52,137 nucleotides of DNA. Source: an uncultured Bacteroidota bacterium. Lineage in GTDB: Bacteria; Bacteroidota; Bacteroidia; 2-12-FULL-35-15. The translations under genes and the position numbers were made by a program. The notes under the pieces were generated by a model. The model was given only the letters and a program-made list of their open reading frames with translations. It was not told the origin of the DNA and did not search any database. Shown one piece after another: positions 1-9,828 of the stretch (position 1 is the stretch's first letter; every line of letters begins with the position of its first letter). The stretch lies in the NCBI GenBank assembly GCA_903870175.1, contig CAIQBY010000409.1, positions 1-52,137 of the forward strand, in the 5' to 3' direction.

Positions 1-1
1 T

Positions 2-583
2 AAATATATAGATATAATTATTGAAGCAGAAAATGGAAAAGTGTTAATTGAAAAGTTAAAAACAGGAATACCGGATGTTATTCTTTTGGATATCGATATG
101 CCTGTTATGGATGGTTATGAAACAACAAAATATCTAACCAAAAATCATCCGGAAATCAAAATAATAATTCTTACACATCATAATTCCGAAGAAATAATTC
201 TTCACTTGATTGAACTTGGCGTTCGTGGTTTTTTATTAAAAAACAATAATATTGATACAATTGTAGATGCAATAAATTCTGTTATCGAAAACGGTTACTA
301 CTTTAATGATAAAGTTCCTCAGTTATTGATTAAAGAATTAATAAAATCTAAAAGAATAAAACCCGTTTTTGAGTTATCTCATTTAACGGACAGAGAGATA
401 GAAATATTAAAACTGATAGGAAAAGAGAAAACAAATCCTGAAATCGCAAAGATTCTATTTATAGATAATAAAACTGTAGAAACTCATAAGGTAAACATTA
501 TAAAAAAAACCAATTCTAAAAATATTGTTGGAGCTATTATGTATGCTGTAAAAATGATTTGTTATAATTATTTTATCAAATAA
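2..583 (+). CDS. NarL/LuxR-family response regulator, 5' end cut by the window edge
   Basis: The frame is open from nt 2 (KYIDIIIEAENGK...), so the listed GTG at 41 is probably internal. Receiver motif DVILLDIDMPVMDGYE. C-terminal LuxR-type HTH LTDREIEILKLIGKEKTNPEIAKILFIDNKTVETHKVNI. Confidence 0.85.
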   Translation, partial: KYIDIIIEAENGKVLIEKLKTGIPDVILLDIDMPVMDGYETTKYLTKNHPEIKIIILTHHNSEEIILHLIELGVRGFLLKNNNIDTIVDAINSVIENGYYFNDKVPQLLIKELIKSKRIKPVFELSHLTDREIEILKLIGKEKTNPEIAKILFIDNKTVETHKVNIIKKTNSKNIVGAIMYAVKMICYNYFIK

Positions 584-696
584 AATCAATATTCTATTAG
601 TAAATGTAAATTGTTTTAACTTAATAAGATTTACTAATCGCTTTAATTTTCCATTTAATTATAATCAAAGTAATTTGGTACTAATTCATTAATGAG

Positions 697-704
697 TATT
701 TTTG
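697..704 (+). promoter_or_regulatory. Candidate Bacteroidota -7 promoter box (TATTTTTG)
   Basis: Matches TAnnTTTG and ends 4 nt before the ATG at 709, which would give a near-leaderless mRNA. Motif match only. Confidence 0.3.
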
Positions 705-708
705 CAAA

Positions 709-1110
709 ATGAAAAAATTTCTTTTTCTTGTTATCTTTGCAATATCCACCTCGTATTGTTTTTCACAAACAGGTGAATTTTATAATCTGTACTTTGAAGG
801 TAATTCGTTATTGGTAAAAGGGCAATTTGATAAATCAATTGAAAAATATAATCAGGCCTTGAAAATATTTGATGCGGCTTATGTTTATTATAATCGTGGC
901 AATGCCTACTATGGAAAAAAGGATTATGTGAATGCAGTAAACGATTATAACAAGGCAATAAAAATGAATGAAAGATATGCTGAAGCTTATTGTCAGAGAG
1001 GGTTAATAAAATTGGTAACAGGAGATAAAACAGCATGCGACGATATTAAGAAAGCCGCAAAATTTGATTTGGATGACGCTAAGGAAGCAGTTAAAAAGAA
1101 CTGCAAATAA
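709..1110 (+). CDS. Small secreted TPR-repeat protein
   Basis: 133 aa. N-terminal signal peptide MKKFLFLVIFAISTSYCFSQ. TPR-like repeats (YNRGNAYYGKKDYVNAVNDYNKAIKMN, AEAYCQRGLIKL). Confidence 0.8.
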   Translation: MKKFLFLVIFAISTSYCFSQTGEFYNLYFEGNSLLVKGQFDKSIEKYNQALKIFDAAYVYYNRGNAYYGKKDYVNAVNDYNKAIKMNERYAEAYCQRGLIKLVTGDKTACDDIKKAAKFDLDDAKEAVKKNCK

Positions 1111-1116
1111 TTTTTT

Positions 1117-2349
1117 CTACTTTACTTCTTCTCCCATTATTTTCCGCTGATTAATAATCAACAGCGAAAACAAGACATAAAAATAAACTCCCATTTGGCG
1201 TTCCAGAATAGACTCGGTAAACATTATAAGCATTGCTGCCAAAATAAATATATATCCGAATAAGAATCCTTTTGAATAATAAATAAGTAATATTAACGTA
1301 ATAAGAAAAAGAAATAATTCGACTATTCCATAATTAATAGCTAACGTAAAAAATTGATTATGGGAATTAAATTTATCCTTTTCAATAATACTTGTACCAT
1401 GCGAATTATAACAATAATCCAGTGCCAACTGTGAATTTCGTGCTCCTGTACCGGTCCAAAAATTAAATGCCAACACTTTAAGATTACAATCCAGAATAAG
1501 CTCACGCTGGTCAATAGTATTTTCATGAGATGATGTTGCCGATAAATAATTCCCTACTTCCTGAGTTCTGTTTTTTAATGAAGGCACAATAAAAATAAGG
1601 CCCGTACCGAAAATAATCATTAAAGCATAAATAGAAATTAATGTTCGTTTGGACTTAATTTTTTTGTATAAAATCCATATACTGACAACTGACAATATGA
1701 ACAACGGCATTTTAGCTGCCACGAGCATTATTAAAAACACAAGAATTACAAGTGAAGCCATTAAAACATATTTCCATCTGGCAGTATAGTTTTCGAAATC
1801 ATATATAATCCAAAGAATGGCGATACAGGCAAATAAACTATAGTAGGTAGGATGAAGATGAGAGATATGTTCGAAATTCCATCTCAACAAATAAGCCCCG
1901 TTATCATAACTGGATGGAGTAAATAGTATTTGCCGAAACACCAATTCTGCAATAGAATAAATGGAAACGACTATAACAGAACCGGCAAAACAATTAAAAC
2001 AATTGCGAACATTAACGGACTTAAACAATATCAGATAAATTGAAATACTTATTGGGGCAGTAAAAAAAAGAAGCTTTTTCAGCAACTCATTTTGCATTAC
2101 CGAATTATTGTAATTAAACATAAATTCAACTAAATAAGGAATAAATGCTAATGTGATAATTAAGTTTGGTTTTACTTTTTCAAAAAAGCCAATTGATTTA
2201 TTTATCAACCAATAAAAAAGAATGTAAACAGAAAATAAAATAAACAGGAAGTTGGTAGCCTTTAATGGCAAAACAGGAAAAGCAAAAAGGGCAATGAATA
2301 ACCATTGAGGAAACAAAACCAAATAACCAGCCAGTTTACTTTTTACCAT
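1117..2349 (-). CDS. O-antigen ligase/polymerase-like polytopic membrane protein
   Basis: 410 aa with many hydrophobic helices and a larger loop, as in the Wzy_C/O-antigen-ligase family. Last gene of a GT operon, with a 14-nt overlap onto the upstream GT gene. Confidence 0.65.
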   Translation of the reverse strand: MVKSKLAGYLVLFPQWLFIALFAFPVLPLKATNFLFILFSVYILFYWLINKSIGFFEKVKPNLIITLAFIPYLVEFMFNYNNSVMQNELLKKLLFFTAPISISIYLILFKSVNVRNCFNCFAGSVIVVSIYSIAELVFRQILFTPSSYDNGAYLLRWNFEHISHLHPTYYSLFACIAILWIIYDFENYTARWKYVLMASLVILVFLIMLVAAKMPLFILSVVSIWILYKKIKSKRTLISIYALMIIFGTGLIFIVPSLKNRTQEVGNYLSATSSHENTIDQRELILDCNLKVLAFNFWTGTGARNSQLALDYCYNSHGTSIIEKDKFNSHNQFFTLAINYGIVELFLFLITLILLIYYSKGFLFGYIFILAAMLIMFTESILERQMGVYFYVLFSLLIINQRKIMGEEVK

Positions 2350-3451
2350 TAATGAATTTTAAATATGCTTCATTGACAAATTTCATTAACTCCTCATGAA
2401 AACGCTGCTGATTAAACTTTGTTACATTATTAATAAAATCTATTGACTCATATTTTTTGTTTTGTTTTTCAAATTCATTTATAGCATTTACGATTGATTC
2501 TACCGACTGATCTTTATAAAACAAACCGGTTGTATCCAACACTGTTTCTTTGTAACCACCTAGAAATGGAACAATCACAGGAGTTCCGCAAGCCTGAGCT
2601 TCGACAATTGTTATTCCGAAATCTTCGTTGGCAGCTGCCACAAAAGCTTTTGCAGATTTTATTTTATTAACCAACACACTCGATTCAATGTATCCCAAAA
2701 GATTTACATTTGCAGGTGCAAGCTTCAAAAGTCTCTTCATATTAGGACCATAACCTGCTATTTGCAATTGAAGATGTGTCAATTGTTTGAATGCCTTAAT
2801 AATTAAATCTATCCTTTTATAATTAACCAATCGTGCAACTGTAAAATAATAATTGCTTTTGTCCTCCTGAATCGAAAACTTTTCTATTTCCACAGGAGGA
2901 TAAATAACAACAGATTCCCTATTGTAATTTTGCTTGATTCTATCGCTCACATTTTGGGAATTGGCAATAAAGTAATCAACTCTGTTGCTTACTTCCTTAT
3001 CCCATTTTCTTAAACGATTTAAAAACATTGAAAAAACAATTCTATTAATTGGGAATCTAACTGCTTTTAAATAGTCCTCTTTCAAATCCCAAGCATATCT
3101 CACAGGGCTATGACAGTAACAGATATGTAACTGGTTCGGATGTCTTTTAATTCCTTTTGCAACGCAATAGGAAGACGATATTATTAAATCATACTTTGAC
3201 AAATCCAATTTTTCAATTGCATTTGGAAATAAAGGGAAAAAGAAACGGTATAATTTTTTTGTAAATGGAAGATGCTGGATATAACTTTTTGTTGTAATTT
3301 TCCCGTTAAGATATTTTCCTCTTTTCTTATCATCAAAGAAATCAAAAAGACAATAAATATCAGCCTCAGGATAACACTTAAGAATTTCCCTCACTACCTT
3401 TTCGGCACCACCTGCTTCATTAAACCAGTCGTGGACTAATGCTATTTTCAT
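2336..3451 (-). CDS. Glycosyltransferase, GT4 (GT-B) family
   Basis: 371 aa. N-terminus MKIALVHDWFNEAGGAEKV. C-terminal donor-binding region EDFGITIVEAQACGTPVIV. Confidence 0.88.
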   Translation of the reverse strand: MKIALVHDWFNEAGGAEKVVREILKCYPEADIYCLFDFFDDKKRGKYLNGKITTKSYIQHLPFTKKLYRFFFPLFPNAIEKLDLSKYDLIISSSYCVAKGIKRHPNQLHICYCHSPVRYAWDLKEDYLKAVRFPINRIVFSMFLNRLRKWDKEVSNRVDYFIANSQNVSDRIKQNYNRESVVIYPPVEIEKFSIQEDKSNYYFTVARLVNYKRIDLIIKAFKQLTHLQLQIAGYGPNMKRLLKLAPANVNLLGYIESSVLVNKIKSAKAFVAAANEDFGITIVEAQACGTPVIVPFLGGYKETVLDTTGLFYKDQSVESIVNAINEFEKQNKKYESIDFINNVTKFNQQRFHEELMKFVNEAYLKFINGKK

Positions 3452-4466
3452 TTATTAATTGTTCCAATTCCCTCATTAATATTTTAACTGAATTCTCAAA
3501 GTTAAACTTGTTTTTTAAATCAACAATCATTTCCTCCGAAATATGTTTTTCCTGAATTTCATTTATTGCCTTTGCGAAACTTTCACTATTATTTAATTCG
3601 AAATATATCGGCAAATTACCAAACGACTCTTTGAATACTTCCAAACCGGAAGCAATAACAGGAATTCCCAAACTTAAACTTTCAAGAATAGGTATGCCAA
3701 ATCCTTCATATAATGATGGAAACAATAAAGCTTCAGCATTTTTTAAAAGAGAATGATACACTTGTAAAGAAACATTTTTAAAAAATATAACATCCTCTGA
3801 TTCTTTTAGTTCAACTTCATTAAATATTGCTGAACCTTCACTCAAAACAACCAATTTATATCCCTTTTGCTTTATTACATCAATATTATTTACTACCCAT
3901 CCAGCATTTTTTCGTGGATTATTTGCTCCGGTAATTAAAACATATTTACCGTTTATTGCAGGAACTGTATTAAAAGTAATTTCAGGTAACCCATTGGGTA
4001 TTATTTTAATTTTCTGTTCCGAAACTCCATAATTATTTATTATTTCATTTTTAGAAAATTGAGACACCGTAAATATTAACATTGACCTTTTGCATATTTT
4101 AGGTATCAAAAAGTTATACCACATTCTAAAACCAGGTTTAAACCAATTTCCTCCGTCTGAGGCAAAAGCAAGGTCATGAATAGTTACTATCTGATTTTTT
4201 ATAAATAAAGGAGCTGAATTACATAAGTTAATCAGTATACTGCTCTTTTTTTTTACATATAATGGAAGAAACAATTGTTCCCAAATAAACCCCTTACCCC
4301 ATCCAATTGTTTTAGTGTTTGTTATTGGCTTAATTTCCCCATCATAAGGCATTACAATTTCAAAATCAAGTTTTATTTTTTGAAGAGCAGTTAATATACC
4401 AATAGCATAATTTTGAACTCCTGAAGGTTGTTGAGTTAAAAATCGTCCATTAATTATTAATTTCAT
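3420..4466 (-). CDS. Glycosyltransferase, GT4 (GT-B) family
   Basis: 348 aa. Motif PSLYEGFGIPILESLSLGIPVIAS. 32-nt overlap with the downstream GT gene suggests translational coupling. Confidence 0.85.
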   Translation of the reverse strand: MKLIINGRFLTQQPSGVQNYAIGILTALQKIKLDFEIVMPYDGEIKPITNTKTIGWGKGFIWEQLFLPLYVKKKSSILINLCNSAPLFIKNQIVTIHDLAFASDGGNWFKPGFRMWYNFLIPKICKRSMLIFTVSQFSKNEIINNYGVSEQKIKIIPNGLPEITFNTVPAINGKYVLITGANNPRKNAGWVVNNIDVIKQKGYKLVVLSEGSAIFNEVELKESEDVIFFKNVSLQVYHSLLKNAEALLFPSLYEGFGIPILESLSLGIPVIASGLEVFKESFGNLPIYFELNNSESFAKAINEIQEKHISEEMIVDLKNKFNFENSVKILMRELEQLINENSISPRLV

Positions 4467-4738
4467 ATTGAAAGTCTTAGTCGGATAAACATCATCTTTG
4501 AAAATATATAATGAGGAAACTTTTTAGTAATCGTTTGTCTTTTTTAGACGCTGACAAAAGTATCAAATAATTTATTCTTGTCGACTATTTAAACCTATCC
4601 TTTGATTTTAATAAAATATTTAAACTATTTTTCTCCTGCCTTTTTACACAATTTTCGATAGTGCCAGCCCCTATCTGCAATGCATAATAATATTCTATTC
4701 TACCAAAAAAATAAGTATTTTCGCCAACTAACTAAACC

Positions 4739-5491
4739 ATGCCATCAAAAATATATTTAATTTACTTTCTAATATACAAAAATCTACAGCTGAAATATAA
4801 ACATTCGCTGATTGGTTTTGTATGGAGTTTTCTGCATCCATTGTTTTACCTCCTTGTTTTTAACTTTGTATTCTCCAAAGCATTTTCCAATATACCGCAT
4901 TATTCACTGTTTATAATAAGTACGCTTATCTTCTGGATTTATTTTTCGGGAAGCTGTAACCAATTAAGTCAGACATTTATTAAAAATGCACATCTAATTA
5001 AATCACTCAATGTACGTAAACTGCTGTATCCTGTGTCGGAACAAGGCACTGAACTGGTAAGCTTTCTGGCAGGGTTTCTGCTTTTTATTTTCCTGATGTT
5101 TTATCTCGGTATGCCTGTTAACTGGAACCTCCTGTATATTCTGCCGATAATAGTTTTGTTTTCCATATTCACCTTTTCCATAGGATTAATACTTGGTGCA
5201 CTCAATGTTTTCTTTAGAGATGTAGGCATACTTTGGAATACATTAAACCCCGCATTGTTTTATCTGTCCCCAATAGCGTATTCGCTGGATATTATTCCGC
5301 ATCAATATTTATTTTATTTTAAACTTAATCCGTTGTATCACTTTTTCTATATCATCCGTAATGTACTGTACGAAGGCAATGCGCCATCACTTATTCATTG
5401 TGTATATAGCTTAATAATTACAGCTGTTTGTTTTACAATAGCAATGCTGATTTACAGAAGAACAAGAAATGGTTTTATATCGAGCTTGTAA
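4739..5491 (+). CDS. wzm: ABC-2 type polysaccharide exporter permease (Wzm/TagG-like)
   Basis: 250 aa with about 6 TM helices. The cognate ATPase gene starts 3 nt downstream. Confidence 0.85.
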   Translation: MPSKIYLIYFLIYKNLQLKYKHSLIGFVWSFLHPLFYLLVFNFVFSKAFSNIPHYSLFIISTLIFWIYFSGSCNQLSQTFIKNAHLIKSLNVRKLLYPVSEQGTELVSFLAGFLLFIFLMFYLGMPVNWNLLYILPIIVLFSIFTFSIGLILGALNVFFRDVGILWNTLNPALFYLSPIAYSLDIIPHQYLFYFKLNPLYHFFYIIRNVLYEGNAPSLIHCVYSLIITAVCFTIAMLIYRRTRNGFISSL

Positions 5492-5494
5492 AAA

Positions 5495-6235
5495 ATGAAA
5501 CAACTAGCAATAGAACTAAACGACGTTTCGGTAAGTTATCTTCATAATAAACGGGGAATATATTCGGTAAAGGACTTCCTGCTGAAAGGGGGATTGTTTT
5601 CTCCTTTCGAGAATAAACACGTGTTGCATAATATCAATTTAAAAGTTTATAAAGGAGAATCGTTAGGTGTTTTAGGAAGAAATGGAGAAGGAAAAAGTAC
5701 GTTGTTAAGAACCATAGTCGGCATTATAATTCCTGATTCGGGTACGTGCAAAGTATCAATACCAATATCGCCCTTACTTGCATTGGGTGCCGGACTTGAA
5801 CTTGAATTGACAGGACTCGAAAATATAAAAATATATATGGCATTGAGCGGCAAGTATCAAAAACATACAATAAAAGATTTGATAGCACAGGTATCCGACT
5901 TTTCTGAATTAACAATGGACCAATTGAAAATGCCGGTGAAAATGTATTCGTCGGGTATGCTTGCTCGCCTTGCTTTCAGTACCGTGATGACCACACAGCC
6001 GGAACTACTGATGATAGATGAAGTACTCGCGGTGGGAGATAAAGGATTTCAGGAAAAATGTAAAAAAAGAATACATGAAGTAAAAGAAGCGGGCGCAACT
6101 GTTATATTTGTTTCTCATAATCCGGAAGAAGTAATGGAAGTGTGCGAGCGCGGAATTTGTTTGAAGGAAGGAACGATAATATGTGATGGCTCGAGCGAGG
6201 AGGCAGGTAAAGAATATACTAAACTGTTTATGTAA
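5495..6235 (+). CDS. wzt: Polysaccharide ABC exporter ATP-binding protein (Wzt/TagH-like, NBD only)
   Basis: Walker A GRNGEGKST, signature YSSGMLARL, Walker B LLMIDEVL, H-loop VSHN. At 246 aa it has no C-terminal glycan-binding domain. Confidence 0.9.
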   Translation: MKQLAIELNDVSVSYLHNKRGIYSVKDFLLKGGLFSPFENKHVLHNINLKVYKGESLGVLGRNGEGKSTLLRTIVGIIIPDSGTCKVSIPISPLLALGAGLELELTGLENIKIYMALSGKYQKHTIKDLIAQVSDFSELTMDQLKMPVKMYSSGMLARLAFSTVMTTQPELLMIDEVLAVGDKGFQEKCKKRIHEVKEAGATVIFVSHNPEEVMEVCERGICLKEGTIICDGSSEEAGKEYTKLFM

Positions 6236-6237
6236 CT

Positions 6238-8388
6238 ATGTCAACTAAAAAAAGGAAGGAAAGAATAAAGAAAAACACCGGTTTGTTGCTTCAGAAAAAG
6301 AAGCGAACGGGTAATTTTATTTTAGAAGAAGCCAAAGAAATAGAGAAGTACAGGTACGAAAACTTTAAGTACAGAAATGAAGTAGTGCATATGCGCACTC
6401 AATTAATAAATGCGTATAAGAGTATTGACCATTTGATAAAGAGAGTAGCTCAATTAGAAAGCAGTAAATATTATAAATTCCGCAAATTACTTACATTTTA
6501 TTTTAAACGATTATTCAAGAATTTTAAAACCAAGGAGAAGAAAGGGTTTTTATCGGTATTTTATAATTACGTTTTTAAAAGAGGAACAAAAGTTACCAGA
6601 GTTGTTTTAGCAAAAATATTAAAACATACTTATCTGCTTGTTGAAACCAAAAAGGTTGTAATCATTGAAGTGTTTGCCGGTATGCTTGCCAATACCGCTG
6701 AATATTCGCAGTACTTAACTCGCAAGCTGATTAATAAAAGTAAAAGAAAATTCATTGTTAATCAGATAAAGAATTTTAATCAAAAGCCTGTATTCAGCAT
6801 TATTATTCCAGTGTATGAACCTCCTATAGATTTCTTTGAACAGGCACTCGATTCAATTATTAATCAAATTTATCCTTATTGGGAAATATGTATTGCGGAT
6901 GATTGCTCTAAAGACGAGGAAGTGAAAGAGGTGATAGAAGAATATCGCAAAAAACATAAGAATATTAAAGTTGTTTATCGCACCGAGAACGGACATATTT
7001 CCCGTGCATCCAATTCGGCTTTGGAACTTGCAACAGGTGAATATACTGTGCTTATGGACCAGGATGATATTATAAGAGAAGATGCTTTATATGAAATTGC
7101 AAAGCTTATTAATCAGAAAAAGGAAGTTGATTTAATTTATTCGGATGAAGATAAGATTGATGAAAATGGGGTACACTCCTATCCGCATTTTAAAGCTGAC
7201 TGGAGTCCGGAGAATTTATTATCGAGAAATTATATTAACCATCTATGTGTATTTAATACAGCAAATCTTAGAGCTGTGGGCGGCTGGAGAGTAGGCTTTG
7301 AAGGAAGTCAGGATTATGATTTACTGCTTAGATATACTGAACAATATACTAACATTTATCATATACCGGAAGTATTGTATCACTGGAAAATTCACAGAGA
7401 AAGTGCTGCATCCGATGAAGGAGCAAAACCTTATGCACACCGCAATGCACAATTGGCACTTACTGAAGCTATGGAGCGCAGAGGTTATGAAGCCGAATTT
7501 GATTTCCTTGACGGGTTCCGAGGGTTTCAAGTTCGTTTAAAGATAAAGAACCCGAATGCACTGGTAAGTATTATTCTACCAACAAAAAACAAACAAGGCT
7601 ATCTGCGTAAGTGCATTGATTCAATTGTAAATAAATCTACCTACAAAAACTTTGAAATTATTTTGATTGATAACAACAGTGATGAAAAAAAGTTTTTCAA
7701 TTTGGTTAACCAATATAAAGCTCAAACTAAATTCAAGTTTAAATATGTAAGAGATGAGTTGCCTTTTAACTTTGCACGGTTAATGAATTTAGGCAGGAAA
7801 CACGCTGAAGGGGAGTATTTAATATTACTTAATAATGATACGGAAGTTATAACTCCAGATTGGATAGAAGCATATATTGAACAGGTACAACGCCCTGAAA
7901 TAGGCGTGGCAGGTTGTAAGTTATTATTTGCTGACGAAACCATTCAACATGCGGGAGTTGTAATAGGTCTTGGCGGCGTTGCAGGGCATGGCTTGATACG
8001 AGAATCAAGATATGGTCCCGGATATTTTAATTATATAAATTTGTTGAACAATTATTCTGCATTAACTGCTGCCTGCATAATGTTTAGAACAGAAGTATAT
8101 GATAAAGTAAAAGGTTTCAGTGAGGAATTTGAAGTTGAATATAACGATGTGGACTTCTGTTTAAAGGTGGTTGAAGCAGGATATAGAAATGTATATATTC
8201 CGCACATTGAGTTGTTTCACTACGAATCCATTTCACGCGGGCATCCTCATTCTACCAGCGAATCCTATAAACGGCACGTGTTTGAAGTAACAACCTTTAG
8301 AAAAAAATGGATGAAGTATGTTGAGAATGACCCTTGCTACAATACCAACCTAACTTTGAATTCAGAAAGCTTTGCACTTAAAATTTAA
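6238..8388 (+). CDS. Dual-domain GT2 glycosyltransferase with a basic helical N-terminal extension
   Basis: 716 aa. Two GT-A modules: FSIIIPVYEP...DDCS...DQDD and VSIILPTKNK...DNNS...NNDTE. They follow a ~185-aa Lys/Arg-rich helical N-terminus. Confidence 0.85.
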   Translation: MSTKKRKERIKKNTGLLLQKKKRTGNFILEEAKEIEKYRYENFKYRNEVVHMRTQLINAYKSIDHLIKRVAQLESSKYYKFRKLLTFYFKRLFKNFKTKEKKGFLSVFYNYVFKRGTKVTRVVLAKILKHTYLLVETKKVVIIEVFAGMLANTAEYSQYLTRKLINKSKRKFIVNQIKNFNQKPVFSIIIPVYEPPIDFFEQALDSIINQIYPYWEICIADDCSKDEEVKEVIEEYRKKHKNIKVVYRTENGHISRASNSALELATGEYTVLMDQDDIIREDALYEIAKLINQKKEVDLIYSDEDKIDENGVHSYPHFKADWSPENLLSRNYINHLCVFNTANLRAVGGWRVGFEGSQDYDLLLRYTEQYTNIYHIPEVLYHWKIHRESAASDEGAKPYAHRNAQLALTEAMERRGYEAEFDFLDGFRGFQVRLKIKNPNALVSIILPTKNKQGYLRKCIDSIVNKSTYKNFEIILIDNNSDEKKFFNLVNQYKAQTKFKFKYVRDELPFNFARLMNLGRKHAEGEYLILLNNDTEVITPDWIEAYIEQVQRPEIGVAGCKLLFADETIQHAGVVIGLGGVAGHGLIRESRYGPGYFNYINLLNNYSALTAACIMFRTEVYDKVKGFSEEFEVEYNDVDFCLKVVEAGYRNVYIPHIELFHYESISRGHPHSTSESYKRHVFEVTTFRKKWMKYVENDPCYNTNLTLNSESFALKI

Positions 8389-8418
8389 CGTTTCTAAACT
8401 AAAGATTAAATAAGTTAA

Positions 8419-9828
8419 ATGGTTTTTAGTTCCCCTATATTTCTGTTTTGGTTCTTGCCAATGGTGCTGTTTAGCTATTATGTGGTAGCAAAACAATATA
8501 GAAATTATGTGTTATTATTTTTCAGTTTATTATTTTATGGTTGGGGAGAAGGGAAGATGCTTACGGTTATGCTTCTTTCCGCATTAATCATTTATTTCAT
8601 TGGTTTACTTTTAGAGAAAACAAATAACCAATCTCATCGCAAGAGAATATTATTCGTTGGCATTTCTGCAATTCTATTATTACTTATATATTGTAAATAT
8701 GCAAACTTTTTTATTGACAATTATAATTTCGCATCCACCACATTGGGATTTAATCCTGTAATATGGGATAAAATAGTACTGCCTTTAGGAGTTTCATTTT
8801 ACACACTTCACGGAATGAGTTATATTATTGATGTTTATAGAGGTCATTCGGTTCCGCAGAAAAACCCTATGAAACTTGCGCTTTATATTTCCTTTTTTCC
8901 TCAACTTATTGCAGGACCTATTATAAGATACAAAGATGTGGACAAGCAAATTGAAGACAGAAAGATAGATGTAGAATTATTCGTTTCAGGAATAAAACGA
9001 TTTATAATTGGTCTTGCGAAAAAAGTATTGATAGCTAATATGCTTGGCAGAATTACCGAGTTTGTTTTTAAAATGCCTGTAAATGAATTAAACGGCTATT
9101 GGTCGTGGTTAGCTTTAATATCTATTGGCGTGCAACTTTATTTTGATTTTTCAGGGTATTCCGATATGGCAATTGGTATGGGAAGAATGTTTGGCTTCAG
9201 GTTTTTAGAAAACTTCAATTATCCATTAATCTCTCAATCTATGAAAGAATTCTGGACCCGTTGGCATATATCATTATCTACTTGGTTTAGAGATTATGTT
9301 TATTATCCTTTAGGAGGAAATAAAAAGGGGAAATTAAGAATGCACTTAAATTTATGGATAGTATTTTTATTGAATGGTATGTGGCACGGTGCAAGCTGGT
9401 CATTTGTTATTTTTGGATGTTATCACGGTTTTCTGCTTACTTTCGAACGTCTTGGTTTTTCCAAAGTTCTGCAATGGTTGCCACGACCATTTCGCAGTAT
9501 CTATGTTTTCTTTGGATACGCTATCGGCGATATTTTATTTTCAATTGATAATTACCATCACGCATTTGCTTTTTATAAGTCATTGTTTAATTTCACTACA
9601 CCTGACCCATATAGCAGAATACATCTTTATCTAACTTACGAATGGTATTTTGTTTTTATTATCGGAATAATACTTTCAATGCCAACTGCGGAATTTCTGT
9701 TTGGAAAAGTAAGTAATCTTAAAATAAAAAACATTTTGGAATATTCAATTCTGATTGTACTATTTATTCTTATGGCAGGCGAATTGGCAAACTCAAGTTA
9801 TAATCCGTTTATCTATTTCAGATTTTAA
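8419..9828 (+). CDS. MBOAT-family membrane O-acyltransferase (AlgI/DltB-like)
   Basis: 469 aa, polytopic. Conserved His region WTRWHISLSTWFRDYVYYPLGG, followed by NGMWHGASW. Confidence 0.9.
   Translation: MVFSSPIFLFWFLPMVLFSYYVVAKQYRNYVLLFFSLLFYGWGEGKMLTVMLLSALIIYFIGLLLEKTNNQSHRKRILFVGISAILLLLIYCKYANFFIDNYNFASTTLGFNPVIWDKIVLPLGVSFYTLHGMSYIIDVYRGHSVPQKNPMKLALYISFFPQLIAGPIIRYKDVDKQIEDRKIDVELFVSGIKRFIIGLAKKVLIANMLGRITEFVFKMPVNELNGYWSWLALISIGVQLYFDFSGYSDMAIGMGRMFGFRFLENFNYPLISQSMKEFWTRWHISLSTWFRDYVYYPLGGNKKGKLRMHLNLWIVFLLNGMWHGASWSFVIFGCYHGFLLTFERLGFSKVLQWLPRPFRSIYVFFGYAIGDILFSIDNYHHAFAFYKSLFNFTTPDPYSRIHLYLTYEWYFVFIIGIILSMPTAEFLFGKVSNLKIKNILEYSILIVLFILMAGELANSSYNPFIYFRF

Noticed and set aside
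731-1036. 101-aa antisense ORF inside the TPR gene, and similar antisense or overlapping ORFs elsewhere (e.g. 5647..5915-, 7298..7943, 35221..35427-, 37189..37473, 43738..44037+)
   Set aside because: Each is fully embedded in a longer ORF with a recognisable conserved product. None has recognisable motifs.
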